From Acholeplasma sp. (GTDB taxonomy: Bacteria > Bacillota_I > Bacilli_A > Acholeplasmatales > UBA5453), in contig JAVBWN010000006.1 of NCBI GenBank assembly GCA_036677365.1, forward strand, positions 1 to 64,000: a DNA stretch of 64,000 nucleotides. Reading direction: 5' to 3'. The notes beneath the pieces were generated by a model. It was not told where the DNA came from. It searched no databases and worked only from the letters and a program-made list of their open reading frames with translations. Positions within the stretch are counted from its first letter, which is position 1; each line of letters begins with the position of its first letter. Positions 40,463 through 49,098 of the stretch are shown in pieces. The translations under genes were made by a program, and so were the position numbers.

Positions 40463-40954
40463 TTACTTTTGAATTTGATTCTCTAGACTTTGAAATTCTA
40501 CGCAAAAGCCTAGTTTTGTATTTGGAAGATATACACAATGATAAATTTTATTTAACACGGTGTTATCAGCTTTAACTTCAACCTCTATCCAATCATTATG
40601 GATATCTTTTATTATTGGGAGATAACTATATGACGTTGGATCGCCGCCGTGAACTATTTTTTTGTAACTAACAACAGTACCTGTAATACTTTCAATTTTT
40701 CCTGATTTGGCTAGTTTCATATCTTTTTTGAAAGGTAATAAACTGATTACACCAATTACAAGAACAACAACAACTAAAGCAAAGCACAATATGATAATCA
40801 CTAAACTTTCCGTTTCATTTAAAAATTGAATATAACTCGCCATACAAAATATAAACACTATTATCAATGTAATAAAGGAGGTGATGGCATTTTTCCAAAA
40901 AGCCTTATGCAGTTTTTGAATTAATAAGCTTATCATCATATTTTCGTCAAGCAT
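40463..40954 (-). CDS. Hypothetical two-TM membrane protein
   Basis: AT-rich ORF directly downstream of pepT; RBS AAAGGT. Confidence 0.7.
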   Translation of the reverse strand: MLDENMMISLLIQKLHKAFWKNAITSFITLIIVFIFCMASYIQFLNETESLVIIILCFALVVVVLVIGVISLLPFKKDMKLAKSGKIESITGTVVSYKKIVHGGDPTSYSYLPIIKDIHNDWIEVEVKADNTVLNKIYHCVYLPNTKLGFCVEFQSLENQIQK

Positions 40955-40990
40955 ATGTTACCTTTCTGAGTCCATCTATCTATTATTACA

Positions 40991-42202
40991 TTACTTAGAA
41001 ATAAGCTTTATGATTTCAATCATCACGTCAACAGCTTGTTCCATTTGTTGAATGCTTGCGAATTCAAAGCGGCCATGGAAGTTAAATCCACCCGTACCTA
41101 AGTTTGGACAAGGTAAACCCATAAACGTCAATCTCGCACCATCGGTACCACCACGAATCGCTTCACTGTGTGGCGTTAATCCGACATTCGTAATCGCTTG
41201 TTTCGCGAGTTCTACAGGCGACATATCGTGTTTCAATACCTCTAACATATTAAAATAGCTGTCGGTTATTTTTAGGCTAACAGCTTCATAACCATATTTA
41301 TCATTCATAAAGGCGACAATACGTTTGAAGTCGTCTTTTTGTTTGTTAAATTTGACCATATCATGGTTACGAATGATGTAGGATAATTTCGCGAATTCAA
41401 CCGACCCTTCTGTATTGCTTAAATGGTTGAAACCTTCATACCCTTCTGTAAAAGCAGGGTTATCAAATACAGGTAAAAGACTATGGAATTCAAATGCGAG
41501 GTGTTGAGCATTGATCATCTTCAATTTTGAAGAGCCTGGATGAATGGATTTACCGACAAAAGAAACCCTCGCAGAAGCGGCGTTGAAGTTTTCATATTCA
41601 ATGCCACCAATCAATGACCCATCCGCGGTATAAGCGAATTTGGCTTTAAAGAAGTTTAAATCAAATAAATCTGCCCCACGGCCGATTTCTTCATCGGGTG
41701 TAAAACCGATATAGATATCCCCGTGTTCAAATGGGTGTAAGGTCATGATTTCAACCATGGCCATGATTTCTGCAACCCCAGCTTTATCATCCGCACCCAA
41801 TAAGGTGTTGCCATCAGTGACGACTAAATCATCACCGACCACGTGTCTTAAGGCTGTGAATTTTTGAGGGTCCATCGATAAGGTCTCATTGAGTTTTATG
41901 ACGCCGCCATCGTAATTCTTAATGATGCGCGGGTTCACGTGTGCGCCTGGTGCGTCAGGTGAGGTGTCCATGTGTGCGATGAAACCAATTGGTGTGATTT
42001 GTTTTTGACTATTGGATGGGATTAACCCATACACATAGCCGTGTTGGTCCATATACGCATTATCTACACCAAGTTCTTTTAATTCTTTAACCAATAGGTG
42101 TCCTAAGTCCTTTTGTTTTTCTGTAGAAGGACAAGACTCGACCTCAGGGTTTGATTGTGTATCTATTTTGACATAGTTTAAAAAGCGATCTAATAAGTTC
42201 AT
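40991..42202 (-). CDS. pepT: Peptidase T (tripeptide aminopeptidase)
   Basis: AHMDTSPD, LGADDKAG, PDEEIGRG, IRGGTDG, NFHG. Confidence 0.96.
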   Translation of the reverse strand: MNLLDRFLNYVKIDTQSNPEVESCPSTEKQKDLGHLLVKELKELGVDNAYMDQHGYVYGLIPSNSQKQITPIGFIAHMDTSPDAPGAHVNPRIIKNYDGGVIKLNETLSMDPQKFTALRHVVGDDLVVTDGNTLLGADDKAGVAEIMAMVEIMTLHPFEHGDIYIGFTPDEEIGRGADLFDLNFFKAKFAYTADGSLIGGIEYENFNAASARVSFVGKSIHPGSSKLKMINAQHLAFEFHSLLPVFDNPAFTEGYEGFNHLSNTEGSVEFAKLSYIIRNHDMVKFNKQKDDFKRIVAFMNDKYGYEAVSLKITDSYFNMLEVLKHDMSPVELAKQAITNVGLTPHSEAIRGGTDGARLTFMGLPCPNLGTGGFNFHGRFEFASIQQMEQAVDVMIEIIKLISK

Positions 42203-42260
42203 GTTAATAACCTCCTTGTTTTATTATAATACAAATTTGGTTTTTTGACATACAAACACT

Positions 42261-42389
42261 AAAAACTCAAAAATATTGAAGTCGAAATCATAAAAATCAA
42301 TTTAATCAATCCTAAAATCAATAAAATCAATATCAAAATTAAAAATATTGATTAAAAGTGTTGACAACATTGATCAAGGGTAGTATTAT
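42261..42389 (+). promoter_or_regulatory. Periodic TCAA/TTGA array ending on the -35 of a TTGACA-N17-TATTAT promoter
   Basis: Core tetramers at 42267, 42276, 42288, 42297, 42306, 42318, 42327, 42339, 42348, 42361 and 42370 (spacing 9 or 12-13 bp). Confidence 0.65.
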
Positions 42390-42408
42390 ATGGGTGTAGG
42401 TGATGAAA

Positions 42409-42762
42409 ATGAATAAGAAAAAAGCACTAGCACTCGTGGAAAGAGGACAAATCTCTGTGGGTGCCTACTTAGATTTTAGAGAAAAAGCATTAAGCAAACC
42501 TTACAAATTTAAACCAGCGCGCGGATTTAGATTGGTATTTCTTAAAGGCAACCTCTTATTTCTAACACCGAAGATTCCGTTTTGGACATTCCGTTTCCTA
42601 GGTACATTCATCAAACGAATTCCAACCGGTGATCAAGTACAGTTCGAGTCATTCAATATCCATGACCTCATCCCGTTATTAAAAACGATTGGTAAGAACA
42701 ATCGACTCATTGGGGTGGAATCCCCCAAAGAAAACTTCCTATTTGAAATATGGGGCGTTTAG
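42409..42762 (+). CDS. Hypothetical protein with an N-terminal SHOCT-like helix pair; distant paralog of 43243-43629
   Basis: ALALVERGQISV; RBS AGGTGA. Confidence 0.65.
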   Translation: MNKKKALALVERGQISVGAYLDFREKALSKPYKFKPARGFRLVFLKGNLLFLTPKIPFWTFRFLGTFIKRIPTGDQVQFESFNIHDLIPLLKTIGKNNRLIGVESPKENFLFEIWGV

Positions 42763-42774
42763 AAAGGAATACAC

Positions 42775-43143
42775 ATGAGAGACATAACCAAAGCATTTGA
42801 ACTCATAGGTGCAGACTTAGTCGTCACCGAAATTCAAAGTAAAAAGAAAGACATTACCGTCAGAGGTGAGTTCCAATTATCGAAGTTTGATTACCTCACC
42901 AAAGAACAACAATATTTCATCGAAGTCTTCATTAAAAACCAAGGGAACATCAAACAAATTGAAAAAGAACTTGGCATCTCATACCCAACCGTAAAAAAGA
43001 GCTTAGAAGAAGTTACTCAAGCATTAGGGTATAAAGTTGAAGACTCTAAAGACGATGAAAAACGCATGGAAATCTTCGAACGTATTCGCAGAGGCGAACT
43101 TACGATTGAAGAGGCAGAAGCACAACTCAAGAAACTTAAATAG
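42775..43143 (+). CDS. DUF2089 family HTH protein with C-terminal SHOCT-like motif
   Basis: FIEVFIKNQGNIKQIEKELGISYPTVK; IFERIRRGELTIEEA. Confidence 0.85.
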   Translation: MRDITKAFELIGADLVVTEIQSKKKDITVRGEFQLSKFDYLTKEQQYFIEVFIKNQGNIKQIEKELGISYPTVKKSLEEVTQALGYKVEDSKDDEKRMEIFERIRRGELTIEEAEAQLKKLK

Positions 43144-43151
43144 GTAAAGCC

Positions 43152-43277
43152 ATGGGACACATCAAATTATTTGATTTAGTGACCAGAGGGGAAATTACAC
43201 CCAAAGAAGCCGTGAGTATCATTAAAAACAAGGAGACCAATTATGAACGACAAATTAAGAATATTAGAAATGCTTAA
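43152..43277 (+). CDS. Unannotated 41-aa stand-alone SHOCT-like microprotein
   Basis: MGHIKLFDLVTRGEITPKEAVSIIK...; AGGT RBS; fills the intergenic gap. Confidence 0.55.
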   Translation: MGHIKLFDLVTRGEITPKEAVSIIKNKETNYERQIKNIRNA

Positions 43278-43629
43278 AGAAGGCATCATCTCTGTCGATG
43301 AAGCCGATAGATTACTAAAAGCGCTTGAAAAAGAACCAGATAATGCGAAAGTCGAAGTTTTAGTGCCTAAATACAAGACTGATCCAAAGAACTTAATGTT
43401 TAAAGTCAGAATCTTATCATCCGATGGCGATAAGGTGAATATCAATATTCCAGTAAAATTTGCGAAAACTGCCCTAAAGAGTGGTAAAATTAATTTCAGT
43501 GGTAAGTCTGATGTGATGGAAAACATCGACATCGACGCCATCTTAGAAATGATCGAGGAAGGCGCTGTCGGCGACTTAGTCGATATCACATCCGCGGACG
43601 GTGACGTGGTTAAAATCTGCATCGAATAA
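43243..43629 (+). CDS. SHOCT-like domain protein typically associated with DUF2089
   Basis: RILEMLKEGIISVDEADRLLKAL; VNINIP; C-terminal DGDVVKICIE. Confidence 0.75.
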   Translation: MNDKLRILEMLKEGIISVDEADRLLKALEKEPDNAKVEVLVPKYKTDPKNLMFKVRILSSDGDKVNINIPVKFAKTALKSGKINFSGKSDVMENIDIDAILEMIEEGAVGDLVDITSADGDVVKICIE

Positions 43630-43651
43630 TTCAAGAAACTAGGTATAGCAT

Positions 43652-45397
43652 ATGATTTTTGGAAAACACATCAACAAGTACTATCTCAAGTACGCCATCC
43701 CGATGATTTTAGGTGTCATCGCCTTATTATATGTGGATTATGTGCAAGTCGAAATTCCAAGAATCTTTGCGGGTATCATCGATAAATTAAGAGAAAGCAC
43801 ATTAACAAACACAATCTTAAACGAGTCTGTCGAAAGACTCGTTTGGATTGTTTTAATTATGGTGATTGGCCGTGTTTTATGGCGTGTATTTGTCTTTGGT
43901 TCTGCGAGATTCATTGAACATGATTTACGTATGAGCATGTTTTTACACGCTGAAGCCCTCGGTGTGGATTTTTATAAAGAACATAAAGTTGGTGGGTTGA
44001 TGACCCACTTCATCAATGACCTTGAGGCCATCAGACAAGCGTTTGGTCCAGGGATTTTAATGTTGTTTGACTCACTATTCTTAGGTTCAATCGTCATCAT
44101 TCGTATGACACAACTCTCTAGAGAAATGACGCTCATCGCTGTCATCCCACTCGCTTTAATGGGTGTGGTCGCGATGTTCATCATTAAGAAGATGAGACTG
44201 AAGTATAAACTCAGACAAGACTCGTTTGAACAGATGAGCGATTTCACACAAGAATCCTTTTCAGGTATGAATGTCATTCGTGCCTTTGTCAAAGAAGTGA
44301 AAGAAGCGCTCTTCTTCGCTGAAAAGAACGACGATTTTTATAAGAAGCACGTCGACTTTGTGAAAACCATGATTTTGATCAACATCGTCATCACCGTATT
44401 CATCAACTTGACGATTTTAACCATCATCGCCTATGGGGCATGGATCGCCATTACTTCTGATTTTACCCCAGGGATGTTAACCGAATATTTTACCTTATTT
44501 ACAACACTCATTTGGCCAGTCATGGCCTTATCACAGTTCGCATCCATCCGCAGCCAAGCGGTGGCGAGCTACAAACGTATTCAAACGTTTATGGATGCGA
44601 AAGTGACTGTCAAAGACGAGCAAAACGTAAAACCGTTTCAACCTTTAGAAGGTGCCATCACATTTAAACATTTGGATTTCAGTTATCCGGATGACCCAGA
44701 AAGAAAGATATTAAATGACATCTCAGTCACCATTGAAAAAGGTGAAATGGTCGGTGTCCTTGGACGTACCGGTAGTGGTAAGAGTACCTTCGTCGATTTA
44801 TTATTAAGATTATATAATGTTAAGCCAGACGCGCTTTATTTGGATGACCATGACATCATGTCTTTATCTATCCATAATGTCAGAGATCAAATTGCTTATG
44901 TACCTCAAGATAACTTTTTATTCTCGGACACCATATTGAATAACATCGGTTTTTCTGAACCAGCGATGCCGGAAGAAAAAGCCAGCTATTATGCAAGACT
45001 CGCCAATGTCCATGATAACATCATCGATTTTACCCATGGGTATCAAACCGAAATTGGTGAACGTGGGGTCACTTTATCTGGGGGTCAAAAACAACGCATC
45101 TCGATCGCTAGAGCACTGGCGAAAGACGCACCGATTTTGATTCTAGATGATTCTGTATCTGCAGTAGATACCAAAACAGAAGAATCCATCATCAAGCATT
45201 TAGAAGAAATCAGACAAGGCAAAACTACCATAGTCATTGCACACCGCATATCAACCATTAAAAAGATGGATAAGATTATTTTGTTAGACCAAGGTCATTT
45301 ACTCGATGTGGGTTCACACGAAGAACTCCTCAAACGTAATGCACTGTATCAAGAGATGGTTAGAAAACAAGAATTAGAACATATGGTGGAGGGATAG
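43652..45397 (+). CDS. Heterodimeric ABC exporter, subunit 1 (TMD+NBD)
   Basis: GRTGSGKS, LSGGQ, degenerate Walker B ILILDD. Confidence 0.93.
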   Translation: MIFGKHINKYYLKYAIPMILGVIALLYVDYVQVEIPRIFAGIIDKLRESTLTNTILNESVERLVWIVLIMVIGRVLWRVFVFGSARFIEHDLRMSMFLHAEALGVDFYKEHKVGGLMTHFINDLEAIRQAFGPGILMLFDSLFLGSIVIIRMTQLSREMTLIAVIPLALMGVVAMFIIKKMRLKYKLRQDSFEQMSDFTQESFSGMNVIRAFVKEVKEALFFAEKNDDFYKKHVDFVKTMILINIVITVFINLTILTIIAYGAWIAITSDFTPGMLTEYFTLFTTLIWPVMALSQFASIRSQAVASYKRIQTFMDAKVTVKDEQNVKPFQPLEGAITFKHLDFSYPDDPERKILNDISVTIEKGEMVGVLGRTGSGKSTFVDLLLRLYNVKPDALYLDDHDIMSLSIHNVRDQIAYVPQDNFLFSDTILNNIGFSEPAMPEEKASYYARLANVHDNIIDFTHGYQTEIGERGVTLSGGQKQRISIARALAKDAPILILDDSVSAVDTKTEESIIKHLEEIRQGKTTIVIAHRISTIKKMDKIILLDQGHLLDVGSHEELLKRNALYQEMVRKQELEHMVEG

Positions 45398-45398
45398 T

Positions 45399-47204
45399 AT
45401 GAAAGACTTTAAAGAAAATACAATCACCAAAACCGATTGGCAAATCGTCAAACGATTGGTTTCATACGCGAAGCCTTATCAAAAGAATTTCATCGTCGCT
45501 TCACTCTTGATGATCCTCGATGTTGCAGCATCATCGATAGGACCACTACTCATTGGTTATACCATTCAAATCATCGATAGCAATCAAAGTGTATCCGATA
45601 AAATGTTTAATTTCTTATGGCTATCGATCCTATTCTTAGGGATAGTCATCGGGGTATCGTTCATCATTTACTATCAAAACTGGCTCTTACAAGAAGCAGG
45701 TCAAAAGATTGTCTATGGTATTCGTGAAAATGTATTCACCCATATCCATACGTTATCAAATGCACAAATCAACCAAATCCCTGTCGGTAAATTGGTCACT
45801 AGAGTCAATAACGATACCAACACACTCTCTGAAATGTATTCATCGGTTATCGTGAATCTCATCAGAAACATCTTGATGATGTTGACGTATTTGGTCATCA
45901 TGTTCGTCATTGATTTCAAAGCTACCCTCATCATGTGCCTTGTATTCCCGTTTGTTTTTGTTTCTACCGTTATCTTTAGAAAGCTATCGAGAAACGCTTA
46001 TCGAAAAGTAAGAAACAATGTCTCAAACGTCAACGCGTTTTTATCGGAAAACCTCTCGGGGATGAGACTTACACAAATCTTTAACCAAGAAGAAAAGAAG
46101 AAACAAGCCTTTACCCTTCAAAGTAAAAAACTCAGAAATTCATACTTCAATGAATTGATGGTTTTCGCGATTTATCGCCCACTTATGTATTTATTCTCGA
46201 TGGCAGCGACCATCACGGTTTTATACTATTTTTCAACCTCCATCATCGATATGACGCTTGCCGGGGCATCCACAGCAAGCATCATCCTAAGGGTCAGTTT
46301 ACTTGTCATGATGTATCAATACGCGTCACAACTCTTTGAACCGGTTCAACAGCTCGCAGAACAGTTCAACGTCTTACAAAGTGCCATGGCATCTTCAGAA
46401 AAAATCTTTGACGTCTTGGATACCAAACCAGAGATTGAAGATGAAAATGATTCGATTGAACTTGAAAACTTTAAAGGTGAAATCGAGTTTAAAAATGTTT
46501 GGTTTAAGTATGTTGAAGATGAATGGGTCTTAAAAGATGTGTCATTTAAAGTCAATCCAAACGATACCGTCGCTTTTGTTGGCGCAACCGGTTCTGGTAA
46601 GACCACCATCATGAGTTTAATCGTTAGAAATTATGACATCCAACAAGGTGAAATCTTGATCGATGGCATACCGATTAAAAAAATCAAACGTTCGAGTTTA
46701 AGAGCCAACATTGGGCAAATGCCACAAGATGTGTTCTTATTTACAGGCACCATTCAAAGCAACATCACGTTAAATGACGAAACGATTTCGAAAGAAAAAG
46801 TCATCGAAGCCTCTGAGTATGTCGGTGCGAATACATTCATTGAAAAACTCGATGGCACCTATGACCATATGGTAAGAGAACGTGGTAATAACTTCTCTAC
46901 AGGCCAAAGACAATTACTCAGTTTCGCAAGAGCTTTGGTCTATGAACCAACGGTGATGATCCTCGATGAAGCAACCGCGAACATCGACTCTGAAACAGAA
47001 GCTTTGATTCAAACCTCCTTAGAAAAGATGATGAAATTATCCACGATGTTGGTGGTTGCACATAGATTATCCACCATCCAACACGCCGATAAGATTGTTG
47101 TCATGCAAAAGGGTGAAATCAAAGAAGCGGGTACACACCAAGCTTTATTAAAACAAAAAGGTTTGTATTATCATTTATACGAACTACAATATCAAAAGAA
47201 GTAA
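45399..47204 (+). CDS. Heterodimeric ABC exporter, subunit 2 (TMD+NBD)
   Basis: GATGSGKT, degenerate signature FSTGQ, MILDE, AHRLST. Confidence 0.93.
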   Translation: MKDFKENTITKTDWQIVKRLVSYAKPYQKNFIVASLLMILDVAASSIGPLLIGYTIQIIDSNQSVSDKMFNFLWLSILFLGIVIGVSFIIYYQNWLLQEAGQKIVYGIRENVFTHIHTLSNAQINQIPVGKLVTRVNNDTNTLSEMYSSVIVNLIRNILMMLTYLVIMFVIDFKATLIMCLVFPFVFVSTVIFRKLSRNAYRKVRNNVSNVNAFLSENLSGMRLTQIFNQEEKKKQAFTLQSKKLRNSYFNELMVFAIYRPLMYLFSMAATITVLYYFSTSIIDMTLAGASTASIILRVSLLVMMYQYASQLFEPVQQLAEQFNVLQSAMASSEKIFDVLDTKPEIEDENDSIELENFKGEIEFKNVWFKYVEDEWVLKDVSFKVNPNDTVAFVGATGSGKTTIMSLIVRNYDIQQGEILIDGIPIKKIKRSSLRANIGQMPQDVFLFTGTIQSNITLNDETISKEKVIEASEYVGANTFIEKLDGTYDHMVRERGNNFSTGQRQLLSFARALVYEPTVMILDEATANIDSETEALIQTSLEKMMKLSTMLVVAHRLSTIQHADKIVVMQKGEIKEAGTHQALLKQKGLYYHLYELQYQKK

Positions 47205-47236
47205 TAGTTTTAGTAAGATAAAAAGAATCTAAGCGA

Positions 47237-47330
47237 TATAATCCCCTTAAAGTAAACACTAAAAAATAATGAATGACTATAGAAGTTTATAAAAAGGGGA
47301 TTTTTCGTACATAAAACTAGACCTGATTTT
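47237..47330. mobile_element. Possible IS3/IS150-family end remnant (no transposase)
   Basis: AATCCCCTTAAAGTAAAC ... GTTTATAAAAAGGGGATT internal inverted repeat at the island edge; related AATACCTTAAAGTGTACAC at 48900. Confidence 0.3.
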
Positions 47331-47571
47331 TTATTTACGAATGTTTCGTCATTTTTAGTGATATTTACAGATGAAACATTTTATTAGTTAAATTATATTC
47401 AAATTCATCTAGTATTAAAAGTTTAAACATGATAGGATTAAAAATAGATTATGTGTGAAAATTTGCAAAATGTATTATGTGGACTGCATGGATGGCAGAG
47501 GGGATTGCGGGAAGTTTTAACCCATTTTCACCAATAACACCAAGGAATCTTTGGCAAGGTAGGTATTAATC

Positions 47572-48063
47572 ATGAATAAGACAATTTTATTAATTGTTTT
47601 AACAACTTTGAGTTTATTACTAGTTAGTTGTGCAGATTTTTCAGATTATAAGAATGTTAAAATACCAGATGACAATATTGGTAATGTAAAAATACCTAAA
47701 CATTGGGAGTTTGAAGTTATTGATGGCTGGATTCAAATTGTAGATATAGAAAAAGATGAAATCATTGGTGTGCAATGGCTTAAAGGGTTATATTATTACG
47801 TAGGTACAAATTTACATGACGAAAGATCATTGAATCCATATTTTAATGAATATGAACGTACAGAGAGTGACTTAATGAGTGGCAATTCAAACGGTGCTCA
47901 ATGGGGACATCACACTTGGGAAATATCTAGTGTTACATATAAGTATAGGTTTTTGCTTTTCATTGGTTCCGAAGACAGTTCTTATGAAATTCAAATTATT
48001 TTATTTGATGATACAATAGAAGATAATGTTTTAAGCAATATTGCGAAGTCGTACAAAAAATAA
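47572..48063 (+). CDS. Hypothetical lipoprotein
   Basis: Signal peptide with lipobox LVSC; AT-rich. Confidence 0.75.
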   Translation: MNKTILLIVLTTLSLLLVSCADFSDYKNVKIPDDNIGNVKIPKHWEFEVIDGWIQIVDIEKDEIIGVQWLKGLYYYVGTNLHDERSLNPYFNEYERTESDLMSGNSNGAQWGHHTWEISSVTYKYRFLLFIGSEDSSYEIQIILFDDTIEDNVLSNIAKSYKK

Positions 48064-48339
48064 CACTCGTCAACGAGTACAGCAAGACAGCCTATGACTA
48101 AGCATTAGAAACAGCTAATATTGAATTGACCGAACTATTAAGATTCGAATGATTACGTAGGGTTTATAAAGGAATAATTAATCAGAAAATCACGATTCGT
48201 TGGTTTAGGTCATAGTATTTTTGAAGAGTCGAATAGACTTGAGGTATTAATACCATCCCTGATTTTTGAAGGTTCAGTGTCCAGAAGAGCAATCATATAT
48301 GATTTTGTGCAATATATTAGGAACCGGGGTGAATGAGTC

Positions 48340-48882
48340 GTGAAAAAGAAATTATTAGTAATCATTTTGTTATGTACTTCAGTACTGCTAATGAGTTGCT
48401 CTGCATCCAAAAAGATTTTGAGTAATATAGATGATTATGATGAATATATTTCTGAAGTTAATGGTGCAGAAACTTTTATGCCACTTATAAGTGAAATAGG
48501 GCTTTACGAATCTATACATGTATATTTTTATACAGTGGATTTTGTATTTGTAAGTCAATCACTCAATCTGATTGTTACCTATAATGAGAATGACTATTTA
48601 GAGATTAAAAATGGTATGGATGCGAAATATAAATTCATTAAGGAACCGATTATAATTGGAAAAGATACATATATCATCCCAACTGTAGATACTACAGTGA
48701 ATGGTTTTTATATAAGGGTCGTTGAGGATGAAAGTTTTATCTATCCGAAAAAATTCGGCATGATAGGCGTTTCAGACTCGACATTTCAAGTTTGTTATAT
48801 GTTTTATTACGATTGGGATTATGATGTTATATCGAACATGTCAGATTTTGTGAATTATAATTTCATTTTTTCGGATAATTAG
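48340..48882 (+). CDS. Hypothetical lipoprotein
   Basis: GTG start after GGGGTGA; lipobox LMSC; AT-rich. Confidence 0.75.
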   Translation: MKKKLLVIILLCTSVLLMSCSASKKILSNIDDYDEYISEVNGAETFMPLISEIGLYESIHVYFYTVDFVFVSQSLNLIVTYNENDYLEIKNGMDAKYKFIKEPIIIGKDTYIIPTVDTTVNGFYIRVVEDESFIYPKKFGMIGVSDSTFQVCYMFYYDWDYDVISNMSDFVNYNFIFSDN

Positions 48883-49098
48883 GTAAGATAGTTGCTTTTA
48901 ATACCTTAAAGTGTACACGATATATGAGAACATTTTGCATGTGAGATACATTTAAACACTGACATATAATGATCTGATTTATTCTCGAAGAAGTTAAAAA
49001 CATCAGCGTTAAACAAACTAAATAAAAACACGCATAATTGTCAATCCTGGCTAAATTATGCGTGTTTTGAGTTATACTATATAAAGGAGGGCATAACT

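Noticed and set aside
42261..42380. CRISPR array or replication origin
   Set aside because: No repeat-spacer structure, no cas genes, and no DnaA boxes or rep gene nearby.
47450..47470. In-frame TGA in island remnants as a sign of a code-4 (TGA=Trp) donor
   Set aside because: Island genes use TGG for Trp and several end in TGA; ordinary decay explains it.
48883..49098. M-box (ykoK) riboswitch before mgtE
   Set aside because: The apparent -10 lies only about 20 bp before the start, leaving no leader.
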